From Vitrella brassicaformis CCMP3155 (taxonomy: Eukaryota; Protista; Chromerida), in contig CDMY01000405.1 in the NCBI GenBank assembly GCA_001179505.1, positions 310,001 to 374,000 on the forward strand: a stretch of DNA of 64,000 bases, written 5' to 3'. The notes under the pieces were generated by a model that saw only the letters and a program-made list of their open reading frames with translations, did no database searches and was not told the origin of the DNA. The translations under genes and the position numbers were made by a program. Shown here one piece after another: positions 12,430 through 24,560 of this stretch (positions are counted from its first letter, which is position 1; each line of letters opens with the position of its first letter).

Positions 12430-13828
12430 TCATAATGTCGATGTCTCTCTAAGGTCTTCCCAGCACGGTGGCCGCCAGTGTGCCGGTTTGGCTGGCGGCA
12501 CCCACGCCCCCTTGGGCCGACTGCCGTCAGCCGTGTACCACTTGTACTCCTGCCGCCATCTGCCGCTGAACTGATGGATAACGAAAATCTCCGGGCTGTG
12601 GCAGTCCATCGTGGCGTGTGAGTGGCTCTGCAAAGGGGCGAACCTGTTGACCCCCAGCAGCCTCACGTCGCCTGTCTGAAAGTCTCCCCCCTCCCTGACG
12701 GCGGTGCGATCGAGCCCATACATGGCCATGTAGTCCATCACGGCCCGGGAGAAGACAGTGGGTCCGGTGAGGAAGACGCTATCGACGTTGGTGGGGGTCA
12801 CCCGGAGCTGCGCGATCTTCTGCAGGACGAGGGCGATGGTCGCATAGAGAATGGGGTGCCTGGGGGCGAATGCGAAACACCAGTTGGTGAACTGGAGGTA
12901 GTCCTCCTGGGGCTTGTTGATTTCGACGCCGATCAGGCCTGTTATGGCATGTCATGGCAGAGCAGAGAGGAGAGAACATGCCGTGCAGGTCGATGGATGG
13001 ATGGATGCCTCTCTCTTCTCTGTCTTCTCTCACCTCTGGACGAATGTCCGTATGGCTGATCCCACCTGTCGATGGGCACTCGGCAATCGATGTCGGTATC
13101 GAGGAACAAGCCCCCCTTGTCATATATGATCAAGTAAGACCACACATCCTGGTGCCATTCCCAACACACACACACACCAGACGCCAAAGCGGCCTGTGCG
13201 GCCCGAGCCCCTCCTCCCCCTGTCTGTGTGTGCGGACAAAGTCTGACCTTCTTTTCAACAGTGTTCTTCAAGAACCTCCACGTGTCGAGTATCCCCGGGA
13301 ACGTCGCCCTGACGTACTCTTCCATGTCGATGTCGTCATAGACGACAAACCTCCACCCGGGGTTCATCCTGGTGCATTTCTCAAAATTCCTCTGCTCCCA
13401 CCTCGCCATATTCTGCTTGTCGCGCGTCGTCATGAACACCTGCCGGGGAATCGCCGGCACTGACGGGGACGACTCGACCGATGATCTCACGGCCGGTCCG
13501 TCGGCTGCAGCTGCAGTGGCGGGGTCAGTGTTTGCACAGGCTGGGCAATGGCAGTCTTGTTCCTGCGATATGAGTTGATGGCCGGAGCCGCGGAGAAGAT
13601 GGGCCCGCCCGGCTGACAGGTGGTCGGTGGCGGAGGCGGCGTCGGTCCTGCTGATGCTGATGCCGCTGCTGCTGACAGCAGCAGCTGTGGCCGCAGATGC
13701 GATGGATGCCCTTGCGAAGTTGGTGAGCAGCATCGATCTGAGCCTCTGGTCGCCGACAATCAGATGACGGCCGTAATGCACAGCAGTATGATCAGGTAGA
13801 TGACCGCCGCCTTCCTCGCCTTCATCAT
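12430..13828 (-). CDS. Glycosyltransferase family 32 (OCH1-like, DxD), type II membrane; frame break after the TM anchor
   Basis: IPRQVFMT..NPGWRFVVYDD..VWSYLIIYDKGGLFLDTDIDC..QFTNWCFAFAPRHPIL..LTGPTVFS..VIHQFSGRW. Anchor MMKARKAAVIYLIILLCITAVI ends at TGA 13762-13760 and the catalytic frame is offset by one base. Confidence 0.85.
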
Positions 13829-14013
13829 GCGCCTCCCCGTTCACAGCGGCGTCACCAGCCCAAGCAACCCCGCCGCCCCATCTCAGGACAGCATCACAAC
13901 AGCGAAGAGCCAAGGCAGCGGCAGAAATAAAATAATCGACCAGAGGCGGTTGTCGTGGCGGTTGCGCGGATCCGGGCCAAAGATCTGGGCCGGCCAGTGT
14001 GGGAGATCTCCCA

Positions 14014-15060
14014 ATGGCGATTGCGCACTCCACGCCCAGCAGAGTGGCGTACGTCACGCCCATTGCGTCGCTCGGATGCCTTCTCTCCGTTGCGCTCACC
14101 ATCGGCGTCATCATCGTGCCCTTCCTCATCGCCTTCTCGTCCTACTCATTCTGGCTGCACGAGGGATCCTACACCGAGCAGCCGGAGGTCGCCTACTCAT
14201 CGGACGCCCTCGCACTCATCGAGGGCAGAAAGAACGGCCTACCGTCGACGGTCTTCTGGAGCACCGTGCAGCAACTCAACCAGCTGGCGGGGACGTCCGT
14301 CGTCACCCCCGATGTGCGCGTGAGGGCGGCAGACTTCAACCTTGACGGCAAGACGGACCGGCTGACGGTGGAGATGACCTTCCCTCTGAGCACCCAGGGC
14401 ATGGAGGAGGTGGACTCAGTCATGCTGATGCTGGGCGTGACCTACCGCCTCAACGACCGGGTCCGGATGGACATGCAGGGGCTGGCGGTGCTGGCCGCGT
14501 CCACCGCACAGGGCAGGGCCTCGCTGAGCGCTAAAGGGGCCATCCGTCTGGTGCAGCGCAACCCCCTCCCCGTCGGCTCCAAGCCTCGCCGGGTCTATGA
14601 CTCCTCCCCTCTGTCCATCAGCGCCATCTCGCCCTCCAGCAGCCAGGATGCCTACGCCGCCCCCACCCACGCCCTCCCATTTGTCGTCCGTCGGCTGCTC
14701 GACAGCTACACCAACCGCAATGAGAGCATTAGCTTCGACCTCAACAGCCCCCCATTCTGGTCGAACGAGCCGGCCACAACCAACGGAGCGGCGCCGATGG
14801 TGCGGCGCATGGACGGCCAGGCATCCGGCGGCAGCGTGTATCAGGGGTTCCAGACGAGTGGGTCGAAGAGCTTCCGTGCGACGGTGGTGATGGAGGTCCC
14901 CGAGCAGCCGGTGCGGTACCGCCCGGATGCGCTGGAGCTGCTCAAGTTCGCGTGGATACAGTGCCTGGCCTTCCTGGTGCCGCTGTGGTATATTGTGGGT
15001 AAGATCAAGGACGTGTTGTTTGGCAAGATCCTGCCTAGCCGCGCTGTGGTGATGCAGTGA
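14014..15060 (+). CDS. TMEM231: Ciliary transition-zone membrane protein TMEM231 (MKS module), intronless
   Basis: N-terminal TM then FWLHEGSYTEQPEV, WST..LNQL, DFNLDGKTD, RYRPDALELLKFAWIQ and a C-terminal TM; colinear with TMEM231. Confidence 0.88.
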   Translation: MAIAHSTPSRVAYVTPIASLGCLLSVALTIGVIIVPFLIAFSSYSFWLHEGSYTEQPEVAYSSDALALIEGRKNGLPSTVFWSTVQQLNQLAGTSVVTPDVRVRAADFNLDGKTDRLTVEMTFPLSTQGMEEVDSVMLMLGVTYRLNDRVRMDMQGLAVLAASTAQGRASLSAKGAIRLVQRNPLPVGSKPRRVYDSSPLSISAISPSSSQDAYAAPTHALPFVVRRLLDSYTNRNESISFDLNSPPFWSNEPATTNGAAPMVRRMDGQASGGSVYQGFQTSGSKSFRATVVMEVPEQPVRYRPDALELLKFAWIQCLAFLVPLWYIVGKIKDVLFGKILPSRAVVMQ

Positions 15061-15306
15061 GGGGGAGGGCTGCATGGGGGGAGGATGTGTGTGAAGAAAG
15101 CGTGTTTCATGTTCATGTGGTGTACAGGGCTTAACGCAAATACATACCTGGATCGATGGATGGATACCTCCCCCCATCCCACTTCATGTGCACAGACAAA
15201 TAAATAGTCGACTCGTGTACTGACTGTGCGTGCGAGTGTGTGAGTGTAGTGTGGTCAAACCCCGACTGACTCGTCCATCCATCGATTCGTTCAGTGCGAT
15301 CTAATA

Positions 15307-17992
15307 TCAGTCATCTGTCTTCCTTCTGGCCACGATGAACTTCTTCCGCTGCCTTGCCGGCAAACCCTCACTGACCATGACCCTCCTTGTAGCAATCCCA
15401 CCCTCACTGACCCCACAATTCACACGCCCCTCACGCACACACGGGGGCGTCACACGCGTACCCGGACGACTGATCCGCACACGCGGCAGCGTCATTGCCT
15501 CTGCCCTGGCCGTCGATGTGCCTTTGCCCTTGGCTCGTCTCGCTGCTACCTTGTCGCCCCCCCGTGTGACCATTTTTGCCGAGTCTTCTGCCGGCGGGGA
15601 AAGGCGCGCCGGTGAGTGCTCTGGGGGACTTGGCAGAGCTGTTAGCCGGAAAAATTCGTCTGTTTGATGCGTCCACCCAGAGAGGTCGCTGGGGAGCCCT
15701 TCTTGCTCTGGGGATGAGGGAGCCGCGCCTCTCCGAGGGCTGGATAACCGTCTCTTCCCGCCGCCATTTCTGTCTTCCGCCCACGCCCCTTGAGCAATGT
15801 CTGCCTTCGTCTCTTTCACTTCATGAACTGGCGCAGAGAGGGATGTGCTGTCTCCGTGTTTTGTCGGCTGTGCGGTCGCGGGTTTGGGCTTCGCCGTTTG
15901 TCTTGCGTCCTCCGGTTTCCGTCTTGGTGTTGTTGCCGAGAGGGACATGTGCCTGTGGGCTGGCGTGGCGATTTGTGACGGTCGGGAGGAGCGGGACACG
16001 GCGGACTGCAAGGCACCGAGGCACTCAAACCGATGCCAATACTGAGCGTACGACCACTGCACACACAGACACACACATGGAGAAGAACACAGATGGAGGC
16101 TGTCGCTGGGTTACTTCGCATTGTTTCGAGCAGAAGCGAGGCCTCGCGCAGCTGTGGCATGGCCGCAGTGTGGATGAGGGCGGCAGGTCCGCTTCATGGG
16201 CAAGACACATCGGGTTGGCACACGCGTCCTCCGGGCATGGCAGATAAGGCACGGCACCTGCCACACACACACACACAGACACACACAGTCCATGCATCCA
16301 TCCATTCATCCGTCCATCCATCAATGCCACCCCCGACTTTCCTCACTCACCGACCGAATTGCTGCAGTGTCATGAGCAGCTGGGTGGCGGTCTCCTTCTC
16401 CTGTGTATGTCCGTATGGCCGTGCGTCCCCGCCAGCGAACCAGTCCTCACCCAGCCACCGACGCGCACTCACCTCTGATTTCAAACCCTGAAGGAGAGGA
16501 GAGGAGTGGACGGAGCCGAGACACAACGCATAACACAACACATTCAATGGATGTGTGGATGCGAGCAGGCAGGGAGGGAGGGAGGGAGGGGAAGAAATGG
16601 CTGTGTGTCATCACCTGTGTGTACAGGTCAACGGCTGTTCTGGTGGTGGACTCATCTCGAAAACACAAAGCCCGCAAATCTGTCACATCTGAGCAGCGAG
16701 ACACACACACACACACACACCCCGACCGATGCAATCAGTATTCTGTGTCCTTGCGTGGAGGGTGTTGGTCGTTTGGCTGTTTGTTTGGGGGGCTCAACAT
16801 CTGTCACAAGGGCCAGGTTGACTTCACAGAGCAGGTAGTAGCAAGACGACAGAAATTTAGACCCACTAGACTCCTGCATGCAGCCAGACACACACAGGAG
16901 AGGAACCCGTGTCTCCCACCCCATATATATCTCCCTGTCGATTACATTACCTCCTGCAGACGGAACTCATCGAGGCTTCTCTTGGCCTGGCACATGAAGG
17001 CATACGCCTTCTGCGGACTCTCAGCGCCGCTCCGCACACAACGGTTGTACAGCGCGACACCGAGAAAGAACCTGGCCTCGGACCGCTTGATCCGCATCGC
17101 CTCCTCCTGCTCCCGCTGCGCCCTTTGCCTGTCCGTCCCCATGCACAGATATCCCAAACGACGCGCTCTCTTCTTGGTCATCGGAGCGAAAGGCTTGGTG
17201 TCTCCCCGATGGCTGTCTGACGGTGGCACATACTCGGCTGCCTGCCTGAATGCGTCCGCGGCCTCCCGGTCTCGCCCCATGTGTAGCAGCAGGCGGCCGG
17301 TCATGACGCCCAGAAGAGGCACCAGGTCACGCCGCAGATGCATGCACAGCCGCAGGTGGGAGACGGCTCTCGCCTCCATCTCCGACACACGCAAGACCAT
17401 GCCGCCCTCATCTCCTTCTTCGTCAACATCAACAGTCTCCTGGGCGATCCCTATCGCCCCCTCCGCCTCCACTTGTGCGCCGTCCATGCAGGCGGCGTAG
17501 TACAGCACAGAGGCCATAAAGATAGCCGTGAAGGTGACGTTGTACTGGTCAAGATAGTCCTCGAGCACGCCCCACAGCTGCTCCCGAACCGGCGCACTCA
17601 GCCACAGCACGTCCACATCCACCAAAGCAGCCTCCACATAGATGTCAATGGCGTCGAGGCGCTCCTCAAGGTCGCGCCGCATTGAAAGGAAGAGCGCCAG
17701 TTTGGCCAGCGCCTTTGCCCTGGCGTGCCGTTTGGCAGCGGGGGAGTGCTGCCAAGACGGGCCCTGTTGGCTGTAAGGGTCGCTGTCCGCCAACATGAGG
17801 GTGGACTGGCCGGTCGCGAAGGAGAACAGGGAGCAGCTGTGACCCTCCACACCTGCACGAGAAAGGGAGAAGGGTGGATGCTGGCACGTGTGACTCGCAT
17901 GGCGTCCATCCAGTGTTTTCTGGCTTACCTGGCAAAGTGTCGGCACGAGGGGCTTTCCCTCCACCGACTTCGTTGCTACGCTGACTCGGCAT
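15307..17992 (-). CDS. TPR-like helical protein with a MYND zinc finger
   Basis: Spliced CANPMC..PCHSCARPRFCSKQCE|WSYAQYWHRFEC (MYND ligand pattern). TPR-like GRLLLHMGRDREAADAFRQA and ARFFLGVALYN. One exon needs one extra C in the C6 run at 16787-16792 to splice in frame. Confidence 0.7.
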
Positions 17993-18232
17993 TGGTTTTG
18001 TCCACGAAGGAAGGCTCCGAGTCGGCAGTGAATCAGACAAGTGGGCTGGGGGCGCGCCCCCGCGACAGAACGTCCGCGGGGAAGCCGGGACGGTAACGTG
18101 ATGATGCACGGCAATGAGATGAGACACCCAACATGCCGGGCAGGTACGTCAGAGCTGCGAGAGGGCGAAGGAGAGCAGGAACGCGACAGAAGGCGAGGAT
18201 GCTGCCTTGACAAGTCCCTACATCCGTAGATC

Positions 18233-18304
18233 GGCCTTGTGGTCTAGGGGTATGATTTTCGCTTAGGGTGCGAAAGGTCCCGCGTTCGAATCGCGGCAAG
18301 GCCC
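18233..18304 (+). tRNA. tRNA-Pro, anticodon AGG, intronless
   Basis: 72 nt cloverleaf: acceptor GGCCTTG/CAAGGCC, anticodon arm TTCGC-TTAGGGT-GCGAA, T arm CCGCG-TTCGAAT-CGCGG. Very close to canonical eukaryotic tRNA-Pro; followed by TTTT. Confidence 0.97.
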
Positions 18305-18308
18305 TTTT
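18305..18308 (+). terminator. Pol III oligo-T terminator of tRNA-Pro
   Basis: TTTT immediately after the discriminator base. Confidence 0.6.
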
Positions 18309-18488
18309 GCGCCACTTGCAAGATCGGTGTGCCACAGGGTGTCGCTGCATCTCCTCTAGCGTTGTTTTAGTCGCGCGCAGAACAAGGTCATCTCTCCAGC
18401 CGCCGCAAGATCTTTTGGCTCGTCGAGAAAATCCGCCTCTTCTCGTCCGTCGAGAGAATCCTGTGGCGTCCACCCACGACAAACAACA

Positions 18489-21026
18489 ATGGCGCGTCCC
18501 GTAGTGGGGCGCAGTGCACCGGTCTGCCCGGGTTCGGAGGATTCGCAGGAGGCGGCGGACGTGGAGCAGCCTTCCGTGACGGTGTCGTTCCCCACGGATC
18601 AGCCGCAGGAGGCCCTCCTGCTGCACCACCCTCCGAGCGAGAAGTGGCTTCGCTACTCGGTGTACCTGAGCGGCATCGTGTGCTTCCAGACGTGTATGGC
18701 CAACCTGCTGGTGACGGCGGCGCCCTACATGGTGAAAGAGTTCGTCAAGAACGAGAACACCAGCATCGGATACTACGCGGGGTTCCTCCTGTCGGCCTTC
18801 TTCTGCGGCCGTGCCGTCACCACCACCTACCCCTGGGGCTGGGTGGCCGACACCTCGGGCAGGAAAGTCTGCCTCTTCATCGCGGTTGTTACCACTGGTC
18901 AGGCAGTGAGCCACGGGATGGAGTGGAGGGAGCATCATGAGCATGGTGGACTCGTTCATTCTGTCTGGCTGCCTTGTCTGCCTGGCTGTGTGTGTGTGTG
19001 TGTGTGTGTGTCAGGTGTGTTGACGGGTCTTGTGGGGTTGACTCGCAACTTTTGGATGGTGGTGTTCCTCCGCTTTCTGGCCGGCTGCTTCTCGCCCACT
19101 CTGTCTGTGGCTCGGGCGCTGGCCGCCGATATAGTCCCCAAACACAAACACTCGTCAACCATGGCACACATATCCGCAGGTACGAGAGAGCGAGCAGATG
19201 AGATGAGAAGGAAACTGGCACAGAGAAATGGACTGTGTGTGCCTGCCTGCCTATCAGGTCGCACAATGGGTTTCCTGATAGGCCCGACAATGGGTGGCTG
19301 GCTCGCGTATCCATGCGAGCCGGGCAAGTGGGGGTCAGAGTTTCTCAAGACCAGCTTCCCGGTCGCCTGCTCGACCGGTCTCCCCTTCGCCCCCGCCTGC
19401 ATCACGTGCGCCTTGCTGCAAGTGGTATGTCTGGTGCTGCTCGCCTACGTCCCTGAGAGCCCCGCGATTGTGGAGAAGCTCCATCGGAAACGCGACGACC
19501 GCCACCGACAGCGGGAGGAGAGGCGGCGGCAGCTGGAGCGGCAGAAGGAGGACAACGCTGCTGTCCAGAACAGCTCGCTCAAGAGCCCCCTCCTCCCCCT
19601 CCCCCTCCCCACGCACAACGCATCAACGCAGCCGGGGTCCGACCCACGCGCCGACGATGCCACCGTGAATGGGGGAGGGAGCTACCAGAGTGGTGGGCAG
19701 GGGCACGTACCCAGCCCCCCTCAGGATGCTGGGAATATCAACAACAATAACAACGAGCTGGACGAGACGCCTGTCGAGAAAGTGGTACACGCGCGAGAGC
19801 TGCGTCGGTGGGATGAGATGAGCCGAGGGTTGCCGCGGTGGTGGCGGTCGCTGAATCCGCGACGGTGGTGGCGAAGGCGGACCAGAGCGACGCCTTTAAA
19901 GATGACCCCAGGGCTGGTCGTCACCGTAAGCCCACTCTCGCTCACCGCACCAGCACATCGCAGTGGTGTGTTGTGTGTTGCCTGGCTGCCTGTGAATGTT
20001 GCAGGTGATGATCGCCTTCTTCATCAGTTTTGCGCGCATCGCAACGGACCAGACGTCGGCCCTGTTTTGCGTTCAGCCGCTGGACTTCAGGGTCGCCACC
20101 GTGGGCACCGTATTCTTCGTCTCAGGACTCATCAACTTCCCACTACAGGCACGCCATCCCCTCCCACACACATCGACACAGCATAACCCTGCTCTCTCTC
20201 TGCAGATTTTTTTAGTGCCGTGGTTGATAGACACGTTTAAGCCGCGAGTGGCGCGTGTGGTGGGGTTGCTGACGGCGGCTCTCTGCTGCCTGCTGTTCCC
20301 GTCGGTGGGTCTGCTCACGGGGTTAGTGAGCGACTGGGTGCTGGTGTGCATGGTGGCCGCCTACATCGCCGTCAAGGACCTGGCCTATGGCGGACTCGGA
20401 CACACTTCAAACTTCCTTATTGTCAACGACTGCCTCCCCACCATCAGGCACGAAGAGCACATTGGACACAGAGGGAGGGAGGGAGGGAGGGAGACTCTGA
20501 TCTCTCTCGGCTGTGTGCGTGACTGCACAGGGGTCGCGTCAACGGGATGAACATCCAGGCGCAGTCTGTCGCATCGACGTTCTCGCCCGTCATCGCATCA
20601 GTCACCTTCTCATGGGGACTGCAGGTGACCGCCTGACCACCAAATGTATCCTTCTGCTCCATGTAAATGCGTTGTGTTGTGTCTATGTCTGCGTGTCAGG
20701 CTGCGCACGGCATTCTATCTGGCGGCGATTGGCTGACCCGTGTGGTGGGCGAGGCCAGCTACGGCCTGCCCTTCTACATCTGCGGGCTGGTCACCCTCGT
20801 CAACTGCGTCCTTGCATGCCTCCCCGCCTCCCTGCGGCTGGACACCGCCCCGCCCACACCCGCCCCCCCATCCACCACCCCCCTCACACTCTCATCTGTG
20901 ACGAGCCCCGTTGTGTCGCCGGTGCAGCCGCACAGGAAGCCGTCGGACCTGTTCGCCACGCCGCCCGTCAAGAGCTGCCCTCTGCTGCAGCCACCGGCCC
21001 ACCCTAAACAGCCCAGGGGGCGATAG
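18489..21026 (+). CDS. Major facilitator superfamily transporter, ZIF1/ZIFL-like
   Basis: IGYYAGFLLSAFFCGRAV..WGWVADTSGRK (MFS motif A), LRFLAG, GFLIGPTMGGWLA, spliced RGRVNGMN. Seven exons; two introns need GC donors (20149, 20448). Confidence 0.88.
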
Positions 21027-21029
21027 GGA

Positions 21030-23460
21030 GTGTACGTAGCTTGTGGGAGGGAGGGTTAGCCGAGCGGGTTTGGCTAGGGTATTAGGTTGACTGGTTGATG
21101 AATGGATCGGATGGATGGATGGATGGGTCATGAGAGGGAGGAATCGACCGACCGTGATGGCATTTTTTTCTGTGTGTATGCGATGCGGGTCCGGGGAGGG
21201 AGTGGGGGGTGAGAGGGAGTGTCTCCGCTTGCTGTGTGGGGTGTCAGTGATCCATTGAGTGCATTTGCGTGCATACCTGTGTGTCGGGTATATGCCCTCC
21301 CTCACTCTCCCTCCCCCCCCCTGGTGAGTGTTTCGTACCAACCGTACGCAAAAGGACGATCAGCCCGTCCCTTTTGACAACTAGCGCTTGCTTGGCGTTC
21401 CCCTTCTTGTCTTTCTGTCTAGCTGTCCAGCTGCCTTTCTGTGTGCTTGTCCCTCTCTCTTTTTCTGCCTTTCCTAGTATTGCGGGTTCTTTACCCCTTC
21501 TCTCGGGCGTGCGTGTGTGTGTGTGTGTGTTGGTGGCTGGTATTTGGATGGACGGATGGTGTGGTTGGTGTGTTTTGTCGTTGCGTGGATGACCGTGTTT
21601 TTAGTCCCATGTACGTGTAGATGGATGGATGGATGGATGGCTGCATGCTCCCCTGACTGACTGACTGACTGGGCGACGCGCCCAGAAACATTGATCGACC
21701 ACCACACACACAACCCTCCCCTCTCTGAGAGAGAGAGGGAGGGACAGAGAGAGAGAGAGAGAGAGGGCACACCGGACGCTGTGGTGGTGTGGTGTGGTGT
21801 GGTGTGGTGTTGTTTGTGTGTGGGGAGGGAGGGTGCCGGCCACTGCTAGAGTTTTTCAGGCACGCCAGCACCCATTCATTCGTTCTCACACACATATATC
21901 CACACACACAGTAAGTACACGTACATCTATGTCATGATATCAGCTGATGCATTGCAATGAAGGTGTTTAATTGTGCATGTCACCCCTTTTTGGTTTTTGA
22001 TGTATCCACCTACCTAGCTTGTCTGTCTGGCTACGTGACCTTGTCTGGCTTCCTGTGTGGGTGTGTTGTAGCAAGCACGGGTGGTTGGGTGTGTGGGAGG
22101 GCGGCGAGCGGCTCGTTCTTGTTTTTCTGAGCGAGCGGTCAACGGCGTCACACCAAGCTGCCCTTCACACAACGAACGGTCCTTGACTTCACCGGATTCA
22201 TTCTTCCTGGCTGGCTGGCTGTGTGCTGCAGACGTGCACACACAGCCAGACAGAAGACAGAGAGGCTGCGTATGTATGTATCTTGAAACCCATATGGCTG
22301 GGTGCGTGTACGACCTGACGACACATGACATGCGCAAGGAGGTAAAGAGAGCAAAGGAGGCGCAGAGAGAGAGAGAGGCACGGAGAGAGTGAGAGTGTTG
22401 CTTGCGTATTGCTTGCTTGCCGGACGGCTTGGCCATTCAGCACGATGGGCGCAGTGAGAGAATGCATGCAGCACCCTGCATTCATTCCCTACCTGTGTGT
22501 GTGGTGCGCTGTGGTTGGGTCATGTCCTTGTCGATCTATCGGTCTGTCTGTCCGTCTGTCCGTCTGTCTGTCTGTCCGTCTGTCTGTCTGTCTGTTGGCT
22601 TTGGTTGTTGTGCGCTTCGTCTCGCTTTCGTCATGGCATGGCGTGCATCGGCATGGGAGGGAGAGAGGGAGGGATAAGTGTTTGCTTGTTTGTTGTGCTG
22701 CAATGACTGACTGCCTATCGTCTTGTCCTCTCGCTAGATCTCTCTCTGGTTTCTCGCCTTCCTCTCTCGCCTGCCTCCCGTCGTCCCTGTCAATCATGGC
22801 CTGGCTATGGTGGCTGTGCGTGTTTCTTGCCTGCCGGAGACTGTCTGTCGACTGACAGTGAGATTTTCACGTACGCGTTGACGGACTCACTTGAGTGCGT
22901 AAAGCTGCTTGTCAGTCAGTCGTTCCGCCTTTCATCGCACACACACGACGTGCGTCTGTTGACTCGCCAACCTTTCCTCCAATTCCAATCCAACACAAAC
23001 CGAAAACACACATTAGTGTTTGTCTGTGCGCATTGCATTCGGTTCGAGTGAAGAACGAGATGAGAGGCAGGCAAGGAGAACGAGCCACATCCATCCAGAT
23101 GTATGTATGGGCTGGCTGCACTGCACGCATGCCGCAAGAGAGAACCCTCGACCGGGCGGCACCGCATGGACAAATAAATAAAACACAAAACCCACACCTT
23201 AGTTAAACCACATACAAATATATGCATAACACACACATCGGGCGGGCACAGCAACACACTCGTCTGTCTGTTTGCGTACACAGATTGATTCTTGTTGACA
23301 CAGATAGATAGCACATAGCATAGAGCCAGCCGCACGGCACAAGGAGGTGCCCGCACGTCACGGCAACAGGCCAAAAAAGGAGTCGCTCACAGACAAACCG
23401 ACCATAGATAGAAGCAAGACACAAGCAAGACAGGCTGACCGACCGAGGCAGTGAGTCTGC
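21030..23460. repeat. Simple-sequence-repeat-rich intergenic/UTR region
   Basis: (GGAT)n, (GACT)n, (GA)n, (GTGGT)n and (GTCT)n tracts; no spliceable ORF with a recognisable product. Confidence 0.6.
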
Positions 23461-23464
23461 CTGT

Positions 23465-24478
23465 TTATTGCATCAAGATGTCCTCTTCCGGCTGCGCATC
23501 CCTGTAGATGTCGACATCGATCCACCCAATGTAGTGTCGGTCACCAAACCCCCCGATCCAATGTACAGCTGATTGCAATCAACCCCCCACACACACACGC
23601 ACGCACATATCACTTCTGAGTGTTTTGTTTCTCCGGCCTGCCCTTCCACCTTGTGGTTGGAACCGCCAGAAGGAGAACTTGTGGCTCTTGAGGTGCTCCC
23701 ACGCCTGAACGAACGAACGAAGAGTGAGTGCAGCACGATCCTCCGTTCCACCCACCCTCCCTGCCTGTGTCCCTGCCTCACGTGTGCCTCGGGGTGCTTG
23801 GCGAAGTAGCAGTCCCTTACCCCGGCCTCGGGATCTGACCGACACAACACCGACACACAACTCAAGTGTGTGTGCGAGGCACAACCATGACGTGCCATGC
23901 CATGCCATGCCATGCCTTGTGTGTGACCTGCCACAGCGGTCATGTTGCCCAGCAGAGTCACTCTGGCGTTGAAGAGCGGGTCGGGCGAGGACGTGTCGGG
24001 CGACCGGACGGCCAAGCTCACCTTGTTGTTCCCCTCGGCCATATAATTGATCACATTCATCTCCAGCTGACGCCATCGCACAAGCAAGCAGAGTGTTGTC
24101 GCTTAGCAAGTGACCTTTTGATTCCCCCGTCAGCGTGGCTTACCGGCGAGAGGAAGAACAGCAGATCTCCCCGGGAGCTGGTACAGACGTCCTCCGCGTA
24201 TATGTCCACAGAGCTGTAAGGATAGCCCTTCATGCTCCCCACGGGGATAGAAGTGCTCAGTGAACCGAACCCAACCGAGCGGACCATCCCCCTGGCCAGA
24301 GGAGCAGCCTCTTCTGAAGCAGCAAACACACAAACAGACAGACAGGCGCACACCAATCAGGCATCCTCCCACGCCACCAGGAAAGATCTGTGTGTGGGAT
24401 GCATGTCACACCTTGGGTTCGCTCGGCCGACGATGTCACCACCGACGCAAGTAGAGCGAGGACACAGGCCACGTGCAT
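23465..24478 (-). CDS. Secreted CREG-like (PNPOx-like split-barrel) protein
   Basis: Signal peptide MHVACVLALLASVVTSSA; EEAAPLARGMVR..GYPYSSV..FFLSP|LEMNV..DPLFNARVTLLG..YFAKHPEA..W..HKFSFWR..WIGGFGDRHYIGWIDVDIYRDA. Confidence 0.8.
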
Positions 24479-24560
24479 CTCTGTTTGCTTTCCGCCTTGT
24501 GAGTGAGCAGTTTCACGTCCTCACCCTCCCCGCGAGCTGTTGCGTAAACTCTCGCGTGGG

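Noticed and set aside
22014-22436. 140-aa minus-strand ORF in the SSR-rich gap
   Set aside because: No recognisable motif, in-frame start or partner exons.
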